Below, piece after piece: positions 40,465-52,494 of a stretch of 64,000 bases of DNA. The stretch is from Mobula hypostoma (Eukaryota). Numbering within the stretch: position 1 is the first letter of the stretch; each line of letters begins with the position of its first letter. The DNA lies in contig NC_086097.1 of assembly GCF_963921235.1 (NCBI RefSeq), positions 36,706,001 to 36,770,000 on the forward strand. The letters run 5' to 3'. The notes beneath the pieces are model-generated. The model saw only the letters and a program-made list of their open reading frames with translations, ran no database searches and was not told where the DNA came from. A program made the translations under genes and the position numbers.

Positions 40465-40725
40465 AACAAGAGAAAATCTGTAGATGTTGGAAATCAAAGC
40501 AACACACAAAAATGCTGGAGGAACTCAGCAGGCCAGGCAATATCAATGGAAAAGAGTTAACAATCGACGTTTCGGGCTGAGACTCTTCATCAGGACTGGA
40601 AAAAATGATGAGAAATCAGAGCAAGAAGGCGGGGGGGAGGGGGAGGAAGTACAAGGTGGTAGGTGATAGGTGAAACCGAGAGAGGGGAAAGGGTGAAGTA
40701 AAGAGCTGGGAAGTTGATTGGTGAT
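40465..40725 (-). mobile_element. Penelope-like pLTR copy
   Basis: Clear similarity to 11797-12060; carries an intact hammerhead core. Confidence 0.85.
40561..40598 (-). ncRNA. Minimal type I hammerhead ribozyme motif
   Basis: CAGTC-CTGATGA-A-GAGT-CTCA-GCCC-GAAA-C-GTC-GATTG: stem I CAGUC/GAUUG, conserved CUGAUGA and GAAA core, GUC cleavage triplet. Confidence 0.75.
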
Positions 40726-42222
40726 ATTTTCTGGTATGACTTCATTCAGTTAAAGCGTTCACAGAGAATCAGTCAGATTAGTTTTCTTCTCTTTACTGGT
40801 CTGTGAGAGATCGATGGTTTTGAGTTTCGTGCAGGAAGCTGTGATCGTGTGGAATGGTAAGGCAGCACAAGGGACCAGAAGATGCACTCGTGCCTCTATT
40901 TTGAGTGTTCCAAGTTTCACCCCTCCCAGATCTCATGGGTCAGTTGTATCTATTCATGTAGTTCCTCCATCAGGAGCGTGACATATTAAAACATATAAAA
41001 CTATGGTAAGAAAAGACAAAGTTTCTCTTTACTTTCACATGTCTGTATCTTAGCATTTATAGGCACAACTTAACATGTTGAGAAGTTATTTACTTTCAAA
41101 ATGGCACCAAGAATCACAATATTCAAATCTCACAGAAGTCAAATAAATAAAGTTAAGAAAACAAACAGTATTACAGCATATATGAAGAGACAGAAAGGTT
41201 TTGTGCAAAAGTACATGTTAAGTTTAAAAATGGAAAAAAGTCATTCGTATTTGCACCCACACAGTTCTTCCACCCACACATCTCCACGGCAGACTGAACT
41301 GCAGAATGCTGTCAATGATGCTCACATTTGGTCAAATCAATTTTTGTCTGCAAAACAATATAAGGAAGTTGAAGAAACATATCAAATCTTCCTAGCATGA
41401 CGCTGTCACATATAGTAAATGCCAGTTGGCAATTATCCAAAATAAAACCACATTTAGATTGTTTAACATTTAGCAAATGGAAAGAGAAAATGAATCAAGT
41501 AATGGAAAAAAAATTGTTACAAGGTGCAAGAGTGAGCAAATGTTTCCCTAGAGGAATCAATAACCAATAAATGTCACAAAATTATTAGTTAATGAAAGTG
41601 TACCACAAATAGATTTTATTGTCCAAATCACACAAGTGGAAAATAGAACACCTATATCATTGTATTATCTTATTTAATAAACTCACATGGCAGGGCTAGG
41701 GGTGGGGGGGGGGGTCAGGGAATTAGTTGGCCCAGTCTTACAAAAGATTCATTAATTGAGAGCATAGGCTGAATTTCCAACGAACATCGATTGGTGCAAT
41801 TTACAGGTCTTTAAATATATCCAGCACAATACATCTTTGTTTAATATTTATTCTTGATATTGATTTAATTTCACTCCTACTGCAGATATTAATTCTGTAT
41901 TTAGTACTTTGATCTTTAATATTGATTTTAAATAATATTTCTCATCATTTCCATGAATTACAGCTCTGTACAATGTCAAGTATAAAATGATAAGTTGATT
42001 GTTTTTGCTCAACTCGAGGTCATGTTGGACACATAACTGAGAGATCTGAATGATATGCCACGCAATGGAAGACAATTCAGCTTCGTTGGATTGGAAATCG
42101 GAAAATCTGTTGGTTAAGGTTATTTGTAGAAGCAGAACACGACTGTGGTCTTGAGTCTGCTATGGATCCCATGAATAGAAAGGATTCTGAGGCTGTTTTG
42201 GCCTGCTCAACAGTGACCATAC

Positions 42223-42274
42223 CATGATCACATTTTATGAGATCTGGGATGCTTCGGCACAAACCAATATTTGA
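42223..42274 (-). CDS. Candidate internal exon (SNIGLCRSIPDLIKCDH)
   Basis: tcttttccttttttaaag acceptor and ATG|gtatgg donor; 52 nt, single open frame. Confidence 0.3.
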
Positions 42275-42554
42275 CTTTAAAAAAGGAAAAGATCTGATAT
42301 AATTTCACTTCCATTTCAATCACCTTCAATAAGGCTAAACAAAATCTCTCTGACAGGCCACGCTATGTCGAGAGATTCCCAAGTGTTGCTTTAACAAATG
42401 CAACTCAGGGCAATCTAGTAAAATGGCAGGAAATAAATAAGAAATTGTACAATATCCATTGGAGGAAAGCAAGAAACAGAAAGGACGGGAAATGTCTTCT
42501 TGCCAGTGACGGCATTAAAAATATACCACCCAATTTCATTTACGGTCATCGAAA

Positions 42555-42800
42555 GGTGAAATAATTCAGCCGTGGATGGTCCCAAGCAAAAGGAGGAGGG
42601 GATGGGCATGGGGTTAACGACCCCATCCTGTAAAAACCCACAGCTACAGAAATACCAGCAGATGCTTCAAAGACCTCATCCATGGCAGAGACAGGATTTG
42701 AAGGTGGACTGCACCTGGAGACAACTTGAAAGAGTGGCCCATGACTGAGGATGCAAGTGAGCTACTTTCAGCAGCCTATATCCCAGCGGCGGTGAAGGTG
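42555..42800 (+). mobile_element. Short RTE-derived non-autonomous element (5' UTR-like and 3' end-like parts fused)
   Basis: GGTCCCAAGC...AAGGAGGAGGG...ACCCCATCCTGTAAAAA joined to a CTWRQLERVAHD-like RTE 3' end. Family assignment is from recall. Confidence 0.5.
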
Positions 42801-43199
42801 GAATAACTTTGATATGATCTGAAATGGTGCCTTGTAGCGTCCTGCTTGTAACCGAACCTGTAGTTCTGAGAGTGTGGTAAATCATCTGGAGAACGTAATT
42901 CAAATCTCATCGTGGAAATACTCATCAGGATCAGTGGGCATGCGGAACTGTGTAAGCACTTCAGGTCAAAGACCCAGGACTCATGAAAGGTCATTGATCT
43001 GAAATGTTGACTTCGTCTTTCTCTGCATCAATTCCTCCTAAATTACTCAGTATGCTTGTTATTTCGTGTTGTGTTTCAAACCTCCACTGCATGCATGGCT
43101 TTTGGTTATAGCAGTTTTTACACTTTCAGTTCAATATTTCACAAACTAAAAACCGAGAAAATCTGCCAACAGAGTAAACATGACCATGAGATTGCTGGT

Positions 43200-43930
43200 T
43201 GCTAGTAAAACCTAAAGTGCTCACTCAGGAAGTAAACCCAAAGAAAGCACTTGGCCCAGATGAGGTCCCAAACTGTGTCCTTAGACCCTGTGCAGGTCCA
43301 TTGGCAGGGGTATTTGTAGGCATCTTTAACCCCTATTTCAATCTGAGGTTCCTACCTGCCTTAAGGCTACTGTTATCCCATTACCTAATAAAAATAAGGT
43401 AACTTGCCTTAATGATGCCCCCGAAGACTCCAAGTACATTTATTATCGAACTATGTAGACAGGATACAACTCTGAGATTTGTTCTCTTGCAGGTAGCCAT
43501 GAAACAAAGGAACAACATGGAACCCCTTCAAAGAACACGTCAAACACTTGACGCGCAAAGAAAGAACAAATTGCGCAAATGTCAAAAAGCAGGCAAACAA
43601 CACACAGAACATCAAACGCCAAACCAGGAGTCCAGGAGGATTCAGTTTAGTTCAGTTCAGTGCCACGCGACCAACCAACTGCAGGCCGCAGCGCCAGACT
43701 TCTCCAAAGCACTGAACCACTCAAAAACAGTAAAAAAAAAGTAACCAGAATCCAGAAACACACGCAACGTTAACTTCAAAGTCACCAAAACGAGTCCACA
43801 ATCCCACTGATCAATCCTGCACTTTCGTCCAAGGGCAGCTAGCAAAAGGGCAATGAAGGCCAGTCAAATGCAGGCAGGCAGTGCCAAACACCTGCCCGCC
43901 CTTGTCAACTTTAACCTTGCTCAATACTCA
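43200..43930. mobile_element. Rex1-type RT fragment (+, ~43200-43415) abutting a minus-strand SINE-like element
   Basis: VNPKKALGPDEVPNCVLRPCAGPLAGVF; the following sequence has a minus-strand AATAAA tail. Confidence 0.6.
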
Positions 43931-43939
43931 TCATCTTGC

Positions 43940-44025
43940 TCATCGTCCCTGAAGAAGATGGTGGAGTTTGTCATTGAAACATTGGTTATAATCAATTGGT
44001 GCTGGATACCCGATAAGAGTTTATA
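43940..44025 (+). mobile_element. Solo decayed pLTR fragment of the second Penelope-like family
   Basis: CCCTGAAGAAGATGGTGGAGTTTGTCATTGAAACATTGGTTATAATC matches the reverse complement of 63757-63803. Confidence 0.75.
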
Positions 44026-44169
44026 TTTCAAGATTTTTCATTATTATGTATTGCAATGCACCTCTGCTGCAAAACAATAAATTTCATGGCATGTGCCAGT
44101 GATACTAAACTTGATTCTGATTCTGACTATGTATATTCCACAGCCTAGAAAGCTCCTTAAGGTTGTTAT

Positions 44170-44715
44170 ATCCGGGGATGTAATGGGGACAAGCTCCCAC
44201 TACCTATTAGTGCTCCCAATGGCATGCACCTCAAATAGTCTCAACCAAGCCCAACTCCTGGCTTGCATGTGTGGCTGAGCTACTAAAACTGGCGGAACCA
44301 TTTCTATTGACACGAGAAGGGGCAAAGGCAGGTCACCAGCACCTTAAAAACAGTCACTTTGGACAGATGGGGCTTGTCAGCTCATCGAGGAGAAGGAAAA
44401 CTCTGATCTCAAATCTCCGTTGCCTTGCAGTTATACCCACTGATGGGGAAGGCTTTGGGAGTAAACTCTGAGGGAAAAATCCAGAGCTGGAGACCGTAAG
44501 GCAGACCTACACTGAGTTCAATGCTGACCGGCAGCTCCTGCACGCTACCGGTGCCAAACTGTATTGGTCTCTGCTGTTCCTTTGGGTTCATCAGATGCGT
44601 GGAGAGGGGTGAGCTTGCTACATGGAGGTTGCTCTCCATATCGAACTGTCCAGGCTTTTGTATTTAGACAGCCAGGACGCAACATCCGTGGTCAACTCTG
44701 ACCGACCGAGGCCTC
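44170..44715 (+). mobile_element. Probable interspersed non-autonomous retroelement (possibly RTE-related)
   Basis: GC-richer block of ~550 bp recalled as a ray repeat; no coding signature. Confidence 0.4.
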
Positions 44716-44800
44716 AGCTCAGCAGAAAGCTCACCAGCACCTCCACTACCTCATAATGTTGCATGGTGAAGTGGACTTCAGCTGGCGACCTTACCCTTAC

Positions 44801-44846
44801 TTCTTCATTAGTAAATGGGACCCTAGCAGTGTCATCTGAAAATGCA
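44801..44846 (-). CDS. Candidate internal exon (AFSDDTARVPFTNEE) with tandem in-frame donors
   Basis: ttccttttctctttgtag acceptor; GAA|gtaagg and AGG|gtaagg donors 6 nt apart. Confidence 0.35.
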
Positions 44847-46050
44847 CTACAAAGAGAAAAGGAACAGCCAAGTTCTTGAAACAGTGTAGAAAAGAGTCAT
44901 AGAGTTATGTATGCTAAATAAACCAATATGGACAGCAGAGGAAGAATACACATTACTATGGAGTCTTCTGTGTCCTCAGGATGTCCCATTGCTTTTCTCA
45001 TGCAAGAAAATGAATCTCTTTTGAAGTGTGGACATTGCTACGTAGGTGAACTTTAATCCAATTTATGCTCAACCACAGTCAGATAGAAAGCTAATCAGAT
45101 AAATGAACAGTTAATCTGCTGGTCTGCTCTTGATGGTGTTTATAGGTGGTTAAAGATTGGTGGTACATTGAAAATACCCCATTCCTCTTTGCTGACTATA
45201 ACTAGGAAACTTTCTGAAAGGACCTTCCTGATGATCCGACATATCATCAAAACGACTTTCCCATCTTATTCACAGATCGTAACTGGGGCCAAAGCTCAGG
45301 AACTCATATGGCCAGGGTACCTCTGATCTAAGCAGGGTTACATTGAAGTCAGTCATGAGCACTATTTTAAGTGAAAGGCTGCAGGAACATTTCAGAAAGT
45401 ATTCCTTCACACAAAGAGTGATTAATATCTGACACAAACAGCTAAACTTCTTAATTCAATCAAAGAAAGAACAAATTCAATGCAATACAAGGAGATTAAG
45501 GGGAGCTTTGTAAATTTCTGTAGAAGACCCTCTGCCAAGAGGAACCTATCTTTCTGCTTTTGTCCCACCTACAAACATTGGCTGCCTGAAGTTAAGAGCG
45601 GTATCAGTTCATAGCTACCTCATTTAATTATTAAGCCATAGTTCACAGCATTGTGGAATGCATTACAGCAAACGGGCCAAAGGATAAATCTCTTACAGTC
45701 CCTTTGCTACTCAGGGCAACCATCTGTCCAGCAACAAGAAAAGTGAAAACTGACACGGTTCAAGGCCCTCTGAAAGTCAATAATTGCTGGTCTGGCTGTT
45801 GGAATTTATTTTAAAAAATCATGGTAAAGCTGATAAGGAAAACATTTTGCCCCACTTATCTATAAACTAATCCTTCATACCATTTGAAGCCTCTGTCCTT
45901 GTGTTTTGTGCCATTCATACCTTTATGGGCAATACAATGGAAGGAGGAACATATTCAGTGACCATTGCCGCTGTCATTCCTGCTCTTTTTTATTTTGCCC
46001 CTGGCCCAGCGAGCTTTCCTTTTCAATTATATACCCAACTCCAAATTTAC

Positions 46051-46146
46051 CATATTACTGGGATCAACCATTTTGACTGGTACGCTGGATTATGCAATCG
46101 GTGTGACACAAGCAGTATAGGCTCAGCCACTGGTACGCACCGTGCC
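46051..46146 (-). CDS. Candidate internal exon (ARCVPVAEPILLVSHRLHNPAYQSKWLIPVI)
   Basis: ctctcaccacttcctttcccatag acceptor and ATG|gtaaat donor; 96 nt, single open frame. Confidence 0.3.
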
Positions 46147-46263
46147 CTATGGGAAAGGAAGTGGTGAGAGGGGCATGTGGAGATACTCGGTCACTGGTTG
46201 CATGGCCTGCCGATCACCATAGATTTCAATGGAAACCGAAACCAAGCCCCTCGTGAGACGGAC

Positions 46264-46341
46264 CTGTCACCTATAATTCCATTCCACTCAATCTGCAAGT
46301 TCTGCTCAGGGTCTGCTCTGTCTTTTGGTGCAAAGGCAAAA
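46264..46341 (-). CDS. Candidate internal exon (FAFAPKDRADPEQNLQIEWNGIIGD)
   Basis: cacattgccttttag acceptor and a weak CAG|gtccgt donor; 78 nt. Confidence 0.22.
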
Positions 46342-47771
46342 CTAAAAGGCAATGTGGATAAAGGTGAAGTGATATTCAGGCATTTTACCTAAACTGATAG
46401 GTACTAACGTTAATTCTCAGTATCCAGAACATCAGCACGAATGTAGGGAAAACAGTAAACAAATTAACTGATTGGTCACTCAAATTCAGGTTCTGTGAAA
46501 CAGTAATCTTTCTATATTTAGAAACTATTAATTTTAAAAAAACCCTCAGGATGTGGTTTGATGAAGGCAGCTGCAAATGCACTGAAAGATCAGCGTTACC
46601 TAGTACAAAGAAACACAATTGATTTTCAAGACACCCACTGTCTTAAACATTCAATCCACCCTTCCTCTGAATTAGACCATAAAAGTATAATCCATAGGAG
46701 CAGAATTAAGCCAATCAGCCCATTGAATCTGCTCAGCCATTCCATCATAGCTGATTTATTTTCCCTCTCAAATCACACTCCTGCCTTCTCTCCATAACCT
46801 TTGATGTCCTTACTAATCAAGAACTTCCACTTCTAAGTATACCCAACTAACGCTGTTATAAGATTGTCGACTGGATCCCTGGAATGATAAGATGAATTCT
46901 TGACCTCACAGTCTACAACGTTATGACCTTGTGCCTTATTTTCTACCTGCACTGCACTTTCTCAATGGGTGTTACATTTTATTCTGTATTCTATTAGTCC
47001 TTTACCTTATAATATCTTAATTTATGTGGAATGGTTTGATCTGTATGCAAGACAAACTTTTCTTTATACCTCAGTATACATGACAATAATACACTAATTG
47101 GAATTCTCAAAAAAATCCCCTCTCCATCTACAAGGTGCCCTGCAGCAAGTTGCCAAAGATTTTTTCCTAATAATTGCTTCCAAACCTACATCCACAATTG
47201 AGGAGAGCAAAGGTAGCAGGTGATTTAAGCACCATTGTCTTCAAGACCTCCTTCCAATCATATACCATCTCAACTTGGCAATATTCTACCATTACTTCTT
47301 TTCAACTGGGTCAAGATCCTGAGGCTCTGTTAATAATAGCACTGTGGGAACTCCTTACCATACATGATGAAAAAGTTCAAGGCAGTCGCTTATCACCACC
47401 TTCTCAAAAAGCGCCCACATCCCAGGAAAGGGTTTACATTAAAATAAATCATTTGCCACCCACTTAACATGCAAAGTTCAGAACTAATTCCGTATCTATT
47501 CATGCATTCTTCTGCTAATGCTTCATAAACCTTTCTTGTATCCCGTCCAAGGTTCCCTTGCTCATCAGAAAAATAACATTATCTTCATTGGGAAAACATC
47601 CAACCTCTTTCTCTCACAAGTCTCTTCATTCACTCCATGCTGCTGTGAAGAGTGCAAATAACAAGACAAATGGAGAATAGGGAGGGGAAAGGGAGAAGAA
47701 CACTGGAATGAGATCACTTAAAATCACCTAAGAGGCGAAGAGGCGAAGAGGCAAAGAACTTAAAGTAAAAT

Positions 47772-47955
47772 ACACAAAAAGCTGGAGCAACTCAGCAGAT
47801 CAGGCAGCAACTATGAAGAAGAATAGCAAGTTGAACCAAGTCCCTTTATCAGAGGACCTAATGCTTTTCCATAGATCCTACCTGACCTGCTGAGTTGCTC
47901 CAGCATTTTGCGTGTGTTACACTGGATTTCCAGCATCTGCAGAGTCTCTTGGGTT
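47772..47955. repeat. Inverted pair of Penelope-family pLTR fragments (hairpin)
   Basis: ACACAAAAAGCTGGAGCAACTCAGCAGATCAGGCAGCAACTATG versus CATAGATCCTACCTGACCTGCTGAGTTGCTCCAGCATTTTGCGT; arms of ~45 bp. Confidence 0.85.
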
Positions 47956-49209
47956 TGTTTTGAGACTAAGAACTTGCCTCGGCAACAGAATTAAAACACA
48001 TTTGGAACCCGTTTATTTTACCAATGATTACATTATGAGAAGCCCAAATATGGTGTTGGTGATGCCAGTACTCTACCAGGGCTAACTGATGTTGCTTTCC
48101 CTTCACTTCCAGCACTGCATGAGTCTGCGGCTATGCAGGATTCCTCAGACCTCATTCTTCTGAGACTGCACCAGCACAGAACTGAAAAGCACACTTTCAT
48201 TATGCACTTACACTTCAGTGCGCCCTGTCAGAGGATTAGCAGGCACCAGCAGCAGTGTCAACCGTAACGATTAAAGGTCAGCTTGGCTGGTTGTGGTTGA
48301 GGAAGAGAATGGTGGAGTGTGGTACAAACTTTTTGATTAACTGTCAGGATTGCCTTATAGACTCACTCACTGGGAGAAAGCAGGAATCTGTGTGATATGT
48401 GGTTGCCAGTGAGCCAATTGGGTGGGTACCTGCCAATCAAGTGGTGCGCCAAGTAACCATCCAGTGTTGGCCATAGCCCTTTACTTTTGCAGCTTCACGT
48501 ATGGCTCTCAAACAAGATGGAGAATTCCTTTTAATCCACTTATTTGCTTGCTGAACATTTGAGCTGTTAAATCACCTCAGGCAGTGGGTCATTGATAGAT
48601 GAGACTCAACCTTCTCACAAGGTACGTGTCAAGTCCCCAGAATATCTCTTGCTTTACTGTACAATGTATCACACAGGGAAACACGAAGATATTCACCACA
48701 ATTATCTGGCCACACTTGCTGGCAGGCACTGAGGAAACCCAGTGACATGAGCCTGTGCCTTGCCTGCTAATAGAACTGACGGCCATGTGGTTCGTATTGG
48801 GGATTCCCAAGACCCATTCATTAAGTTCTTTGCTGACAAGTTTGAAGGAGGCATCTACTAGCATCTGACAGCCAGTCCTTACTTCTGTTTTCTGGTGTGA
48901 ACAGGCTTGGGACTTAGGAAAGCACAAATCACTTCAACCATTCCCAGTATAGAAACGAATCCTTTGGCCTAAATCAGCCATGCCAACCAAGGTGTCTAAC
49001 TAAGCTAGTCCTATTTACCCGCATTTGACCTGTAATCCCTCTAAACCTTTTGTATCCATATAATTATCCCGATGTCTTTTAAATGCCAATATTACACCTG
49101 CCTCAACCACTTACCCTGGCAGCTTATTCAATGCCTTATCTTGAAACTATTTCCCTATCTAATCCCCTTCTTGCCCTAGTTCCATGTTTTCCCCACCAGC
49201 AATTAGAAC

Positions 49210-50660
49210 AAGTTCAAAGCACATCTATGTCACCATATACAACCCTGAGATTCATTTTCTGGTGGGCATACACAATAGAACAATAACCATTATAGAATAA
49301 ATGAAAGACTGAACCAACATAGGCATTCAGCCAATGTGCAAAAGACAACAAACTGTGCAAATACAAAAAGAAAGAAATAATCATAATAAATAAATAAGCA
49401 ATAAATATGGAGAACATGAGATGAGGAGTCCTTGAAAGTGAGTCCATAGGTTGTGGGAACATTTCAGTGATGGGGCAAGTGAAGATGGGTGAAATGATCC
49501 CCTTTGATTCAAGAGTCTGTTGGTTGAGAGGTAATAACTGTCCCCGAACTTCATGGTGTGAGTCCTGAGGCTCCCGTACCTTCTTCCTGATGGAAACAGT
49601 GAGAAGTGAGCAAGACCTGGGTGGTGGGAGTCCCAGATGATGGATGCTGCTTTCCTGTGACAGTGCCTCATGCAGATGTGCTCCGTGGGGGTTGGGCTTT
49701 ACACATGGTAGACTGGGCCATATCCATTACTTTTTTGTAGGATTTTCTATTCAAAGCTCTTGGTGTTTCCACACCAGATTGCAATGCAACCAGTCATTAT
49801 ATTCTCCACCGCACATCTACAGAAGTTTGTCAAAGTTTTAAATGTCATGCTGAATTTTCACAAACTCCTAAGGAAGTAGAGGCACTGTTGTGGTTTCTTC
49901 GTAATTGCACTTAGATGCTTGTCCCAAGACACATCATCTGAATTGATAACACTGAGGAATTTAAAGTTACTTACACTCTCCATCTCTGATCCTCCAATGA
50001 GGACTGACTCATGGACTTCTAGTTTCCTCTCCAGAAGTCAGTAATCCGCTCCTTGGTCTTGTTGACATTGGCTAAGAGGTTGCTGTATTGGCACCATTTA
50101 GTTAGATTTTCAATATTCCTCCTATATGCTGATCTGTCACAACCTTTGATTTGGCCTACGACAGTGATGTCGTAAACAAACTTGCATATGGCACTGGAGC
50201 TGTGCTTAGCCTCACAGTCATAAATGTAAAGCGAATAGAGCATGGGCTAAGCTCACAGCCTTGTGGAGCGCCTGTACTAATGGAGAAGATGTTGTTGCCA
50301 ATCCAACCTGACTGAGGTCTGCAAGTGAGGAAATTAAGGATTCAATTACAGAGGGAGATATTAATGTCAAGGTCTTGAAGTTTATTGATTAGTTTTGAGG
50401 GGATGATGATATTGAATGCTGAGCTGTAGATGATAAAGACCATCCTGATGAATGTATCTTTGCTGACCAGATATTCCAGGGTTGAGTGAACAGCCAATGA
50501 GACAGCATCTGCCATGGACCAGTACTGCCAGTAGGCAAATTGGAGTGGATCCAGGTTGCTTCTTGGGCGGGAGTTGATAGGTTTCATCACCCAACCTCTC
50601 AAAACACTTCATCACAGTAGATGTAAGTGCTACTGGATGATAGTCATTGAGGCAGTGAGG
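49210..50660 (-). mobile_element. Rex1/Babar-type LINE, ~1.45-kb 3' portion with disrupted RT
   Basis: CLNDYHPVALTSTVMKCFERL, LDPLQFAY, YSSAFNIIIP, KFVYDITVVG (FADD mutated), RKAASIIWDSHHPG. Confidence 0.93.
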
Positions 50661-50739
50661 AAGTGATACTGAAGTTAAGGAATAAAGAACCACGATATTT
50701 CTGAATGGCTTAGTAAGTGCATGAGACTAGAGAGCTCAC

Positions 50740-50799
50740 CTCTGCTTTTATTCTTAACTCTGAACTAAATAACCAACCATCATCATCAGCTGAAACCCT
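50740..50799 (-). CDS. Candidate internal exon (RVSADDDGWLFSSELRIKAE)
   Basis: Strong GAG|gtgagc donor and a moderate gcatttag acceptor; 60 nt, single open frame. Confidence 0.22.
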
Positions 50800-51269
50800 C
50801 TAAATGCATCGTTAAGCTTAAGGCTCATGCTATGTGACCTTATGACTGATAGTCCCTCAGAAATGCTAACCTCTTGCTTAGGTTTTGATTGTGGATCTCC
50901 CTCATGCACCTGTAACCGCTACATTCCAGTAACGGTAACTATCTTGTTCAAAATCTGATCCCTGTCACCCAATTCTATTGTACCGGTTTGAGATACTCCT
51001 ACTTATGGGAAAACAACCTACTACCACAAGGAGACTTCAAAGATTTGCTGGAGGAAATTCAGGAAGCAGCTGGAAACATTGAGCTTTTATTCATAATCAG
51101 ACTGTCAGAACCGTAACCGCCTCTGTACTTTGCAACTCATTCACTGGCGAGTATTCGAAGACCTGGGGAACCTGAGGTGGAAGCATTAAGTTCAAATACC
51201 TGCTGAAATCATTTTAAGAAGAAATACTTATTCAGACTGTAAAAACGAACAAGGCACCTTCACTGAGGG

Positions 51270-52490
51270 GCAAATTCAACATGTCATCTAAAACTTTGAC
51301 ACTGTGGATGCACAGCAGATATCAATTTGACTGGTTGCATCAGGGCCTGGTATGGAAACACCAATCCCCAAGCACAAAAAAGCCTGCAAAAAGTATTGGA
51401 TACAGCCCAGTCCATCACAGGAATAGCTCTCACTACCATTAAGTACATCTACAAAGAGGGCTGCGTCAAGAAAGCTGCATCCAGCTTCAAGAACCCCCAC
51501 CATCCTGGCCACGCTCTATTCTCACTGTTACATCGGGAAGGTGGGAAGATGGCGGCCACTCTGGTGGTGATATCTGTTATTTGTCAAGTAGGGTACCGTG
51601 CACAATCCTGATTTGATGAAGACGGACGTGAGAGCACGGAGGAACATCTGGTGAAACTTCTGAAATGCCTGCTTCGCTGCTGCTGCTACTGTGTGGTCCA
51701 GAATCTCTGGAGGAGAAGGCCGCGAGTCCTCGGCTTTGCTTGATGCTCGGCGGCCGGGGCAGGGTCGAAGCGCTCGGCAAAGGATGGTGCTCGGAGAGGC
51801 TGTGTCAGAGGGGCTGGTCGGAGGTTCGAAGTTTTCGGACGGACTCACAGTCCGCTGCGGTCGGGTGCTTCCAATGGTGCTGCATCGGCAAGTTGGCAGC
51901 GCTTGGAGGTTCATGGCGGGGAGAGTTCCTCCCTTCTGCCGCCTGCGTGGGATGATGAGTCTATCGAGACCTTGAGACTATTTTTTACCATGCCCATGGT
52001 CTGCTCTTTATCAAATTATGGTATTGCTTTGCACTGTTGTAACTATATGTTATAATTATGTGGTTTTGTCAGTTTTAGTCTTGGTTTGTCCTGTGTTTTC
52101 TTGTGATATCATTCTGGAGGAACCTTGTATCATTTTTTAATGCACGCATTTCTAAATGACAATAAACGTAAACTGAACTGAAGGAGGTACAGGAATCTTA
52201 GGTTACGCACTACCGGGTTTAGTAACAGTTATTACCCTACAACCATCAGGTTCCTAAACCACCATGAATAACTTCACTCAGCACAAATCTAGACTGTTAA
52301 GGGCTCTACAGCTCATGTTCTCAGTATTAGTTATTTACTTATTAAATTATTATTATTTGTTTTTTTTATTTGCACAAATTGTCTTCTCTTGCACTTTGGC
52401 TGTTTGTCTTTGTGTGTAGTTTTTCATTGATTCTATTGTTCTTCTTCATTCTAGATGAATGCCTGCAAAAATGGATCTCAGGATAGTACG
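51270..52490 (+). mobile_element. Rex1/Babar-type LINE 3' fragment split by a GC-rich insertion
   Basis: TGCIRAWYGN...KKAASSFKNPHHPGHALFSLL; resumes at ~52180. Confidence 0.85.
51542..52179 (+). mobile_element. CpG-rich non-autonomous retroelement (638 bp), apparently young
   Basis: GAAGG duplicated at 51537-51541 and 52180-52184; 5' AAGATGGCGG; 3' AATAAA plus (AACTG)n tail. Confidence 0.75.
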
Positions 52491-52494
52491 TATA

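Noticed and set aside
41692..41720. G-run cluster with G-quadruplex potential
   Set aside because: Simple poly-G tract with no evidence of function.
51528..51975. Overlapping GC-rich ORFs resembling a CpG-island first exon
   Set aside because: They lie inside a TSD-bounded insertion within a LINE.
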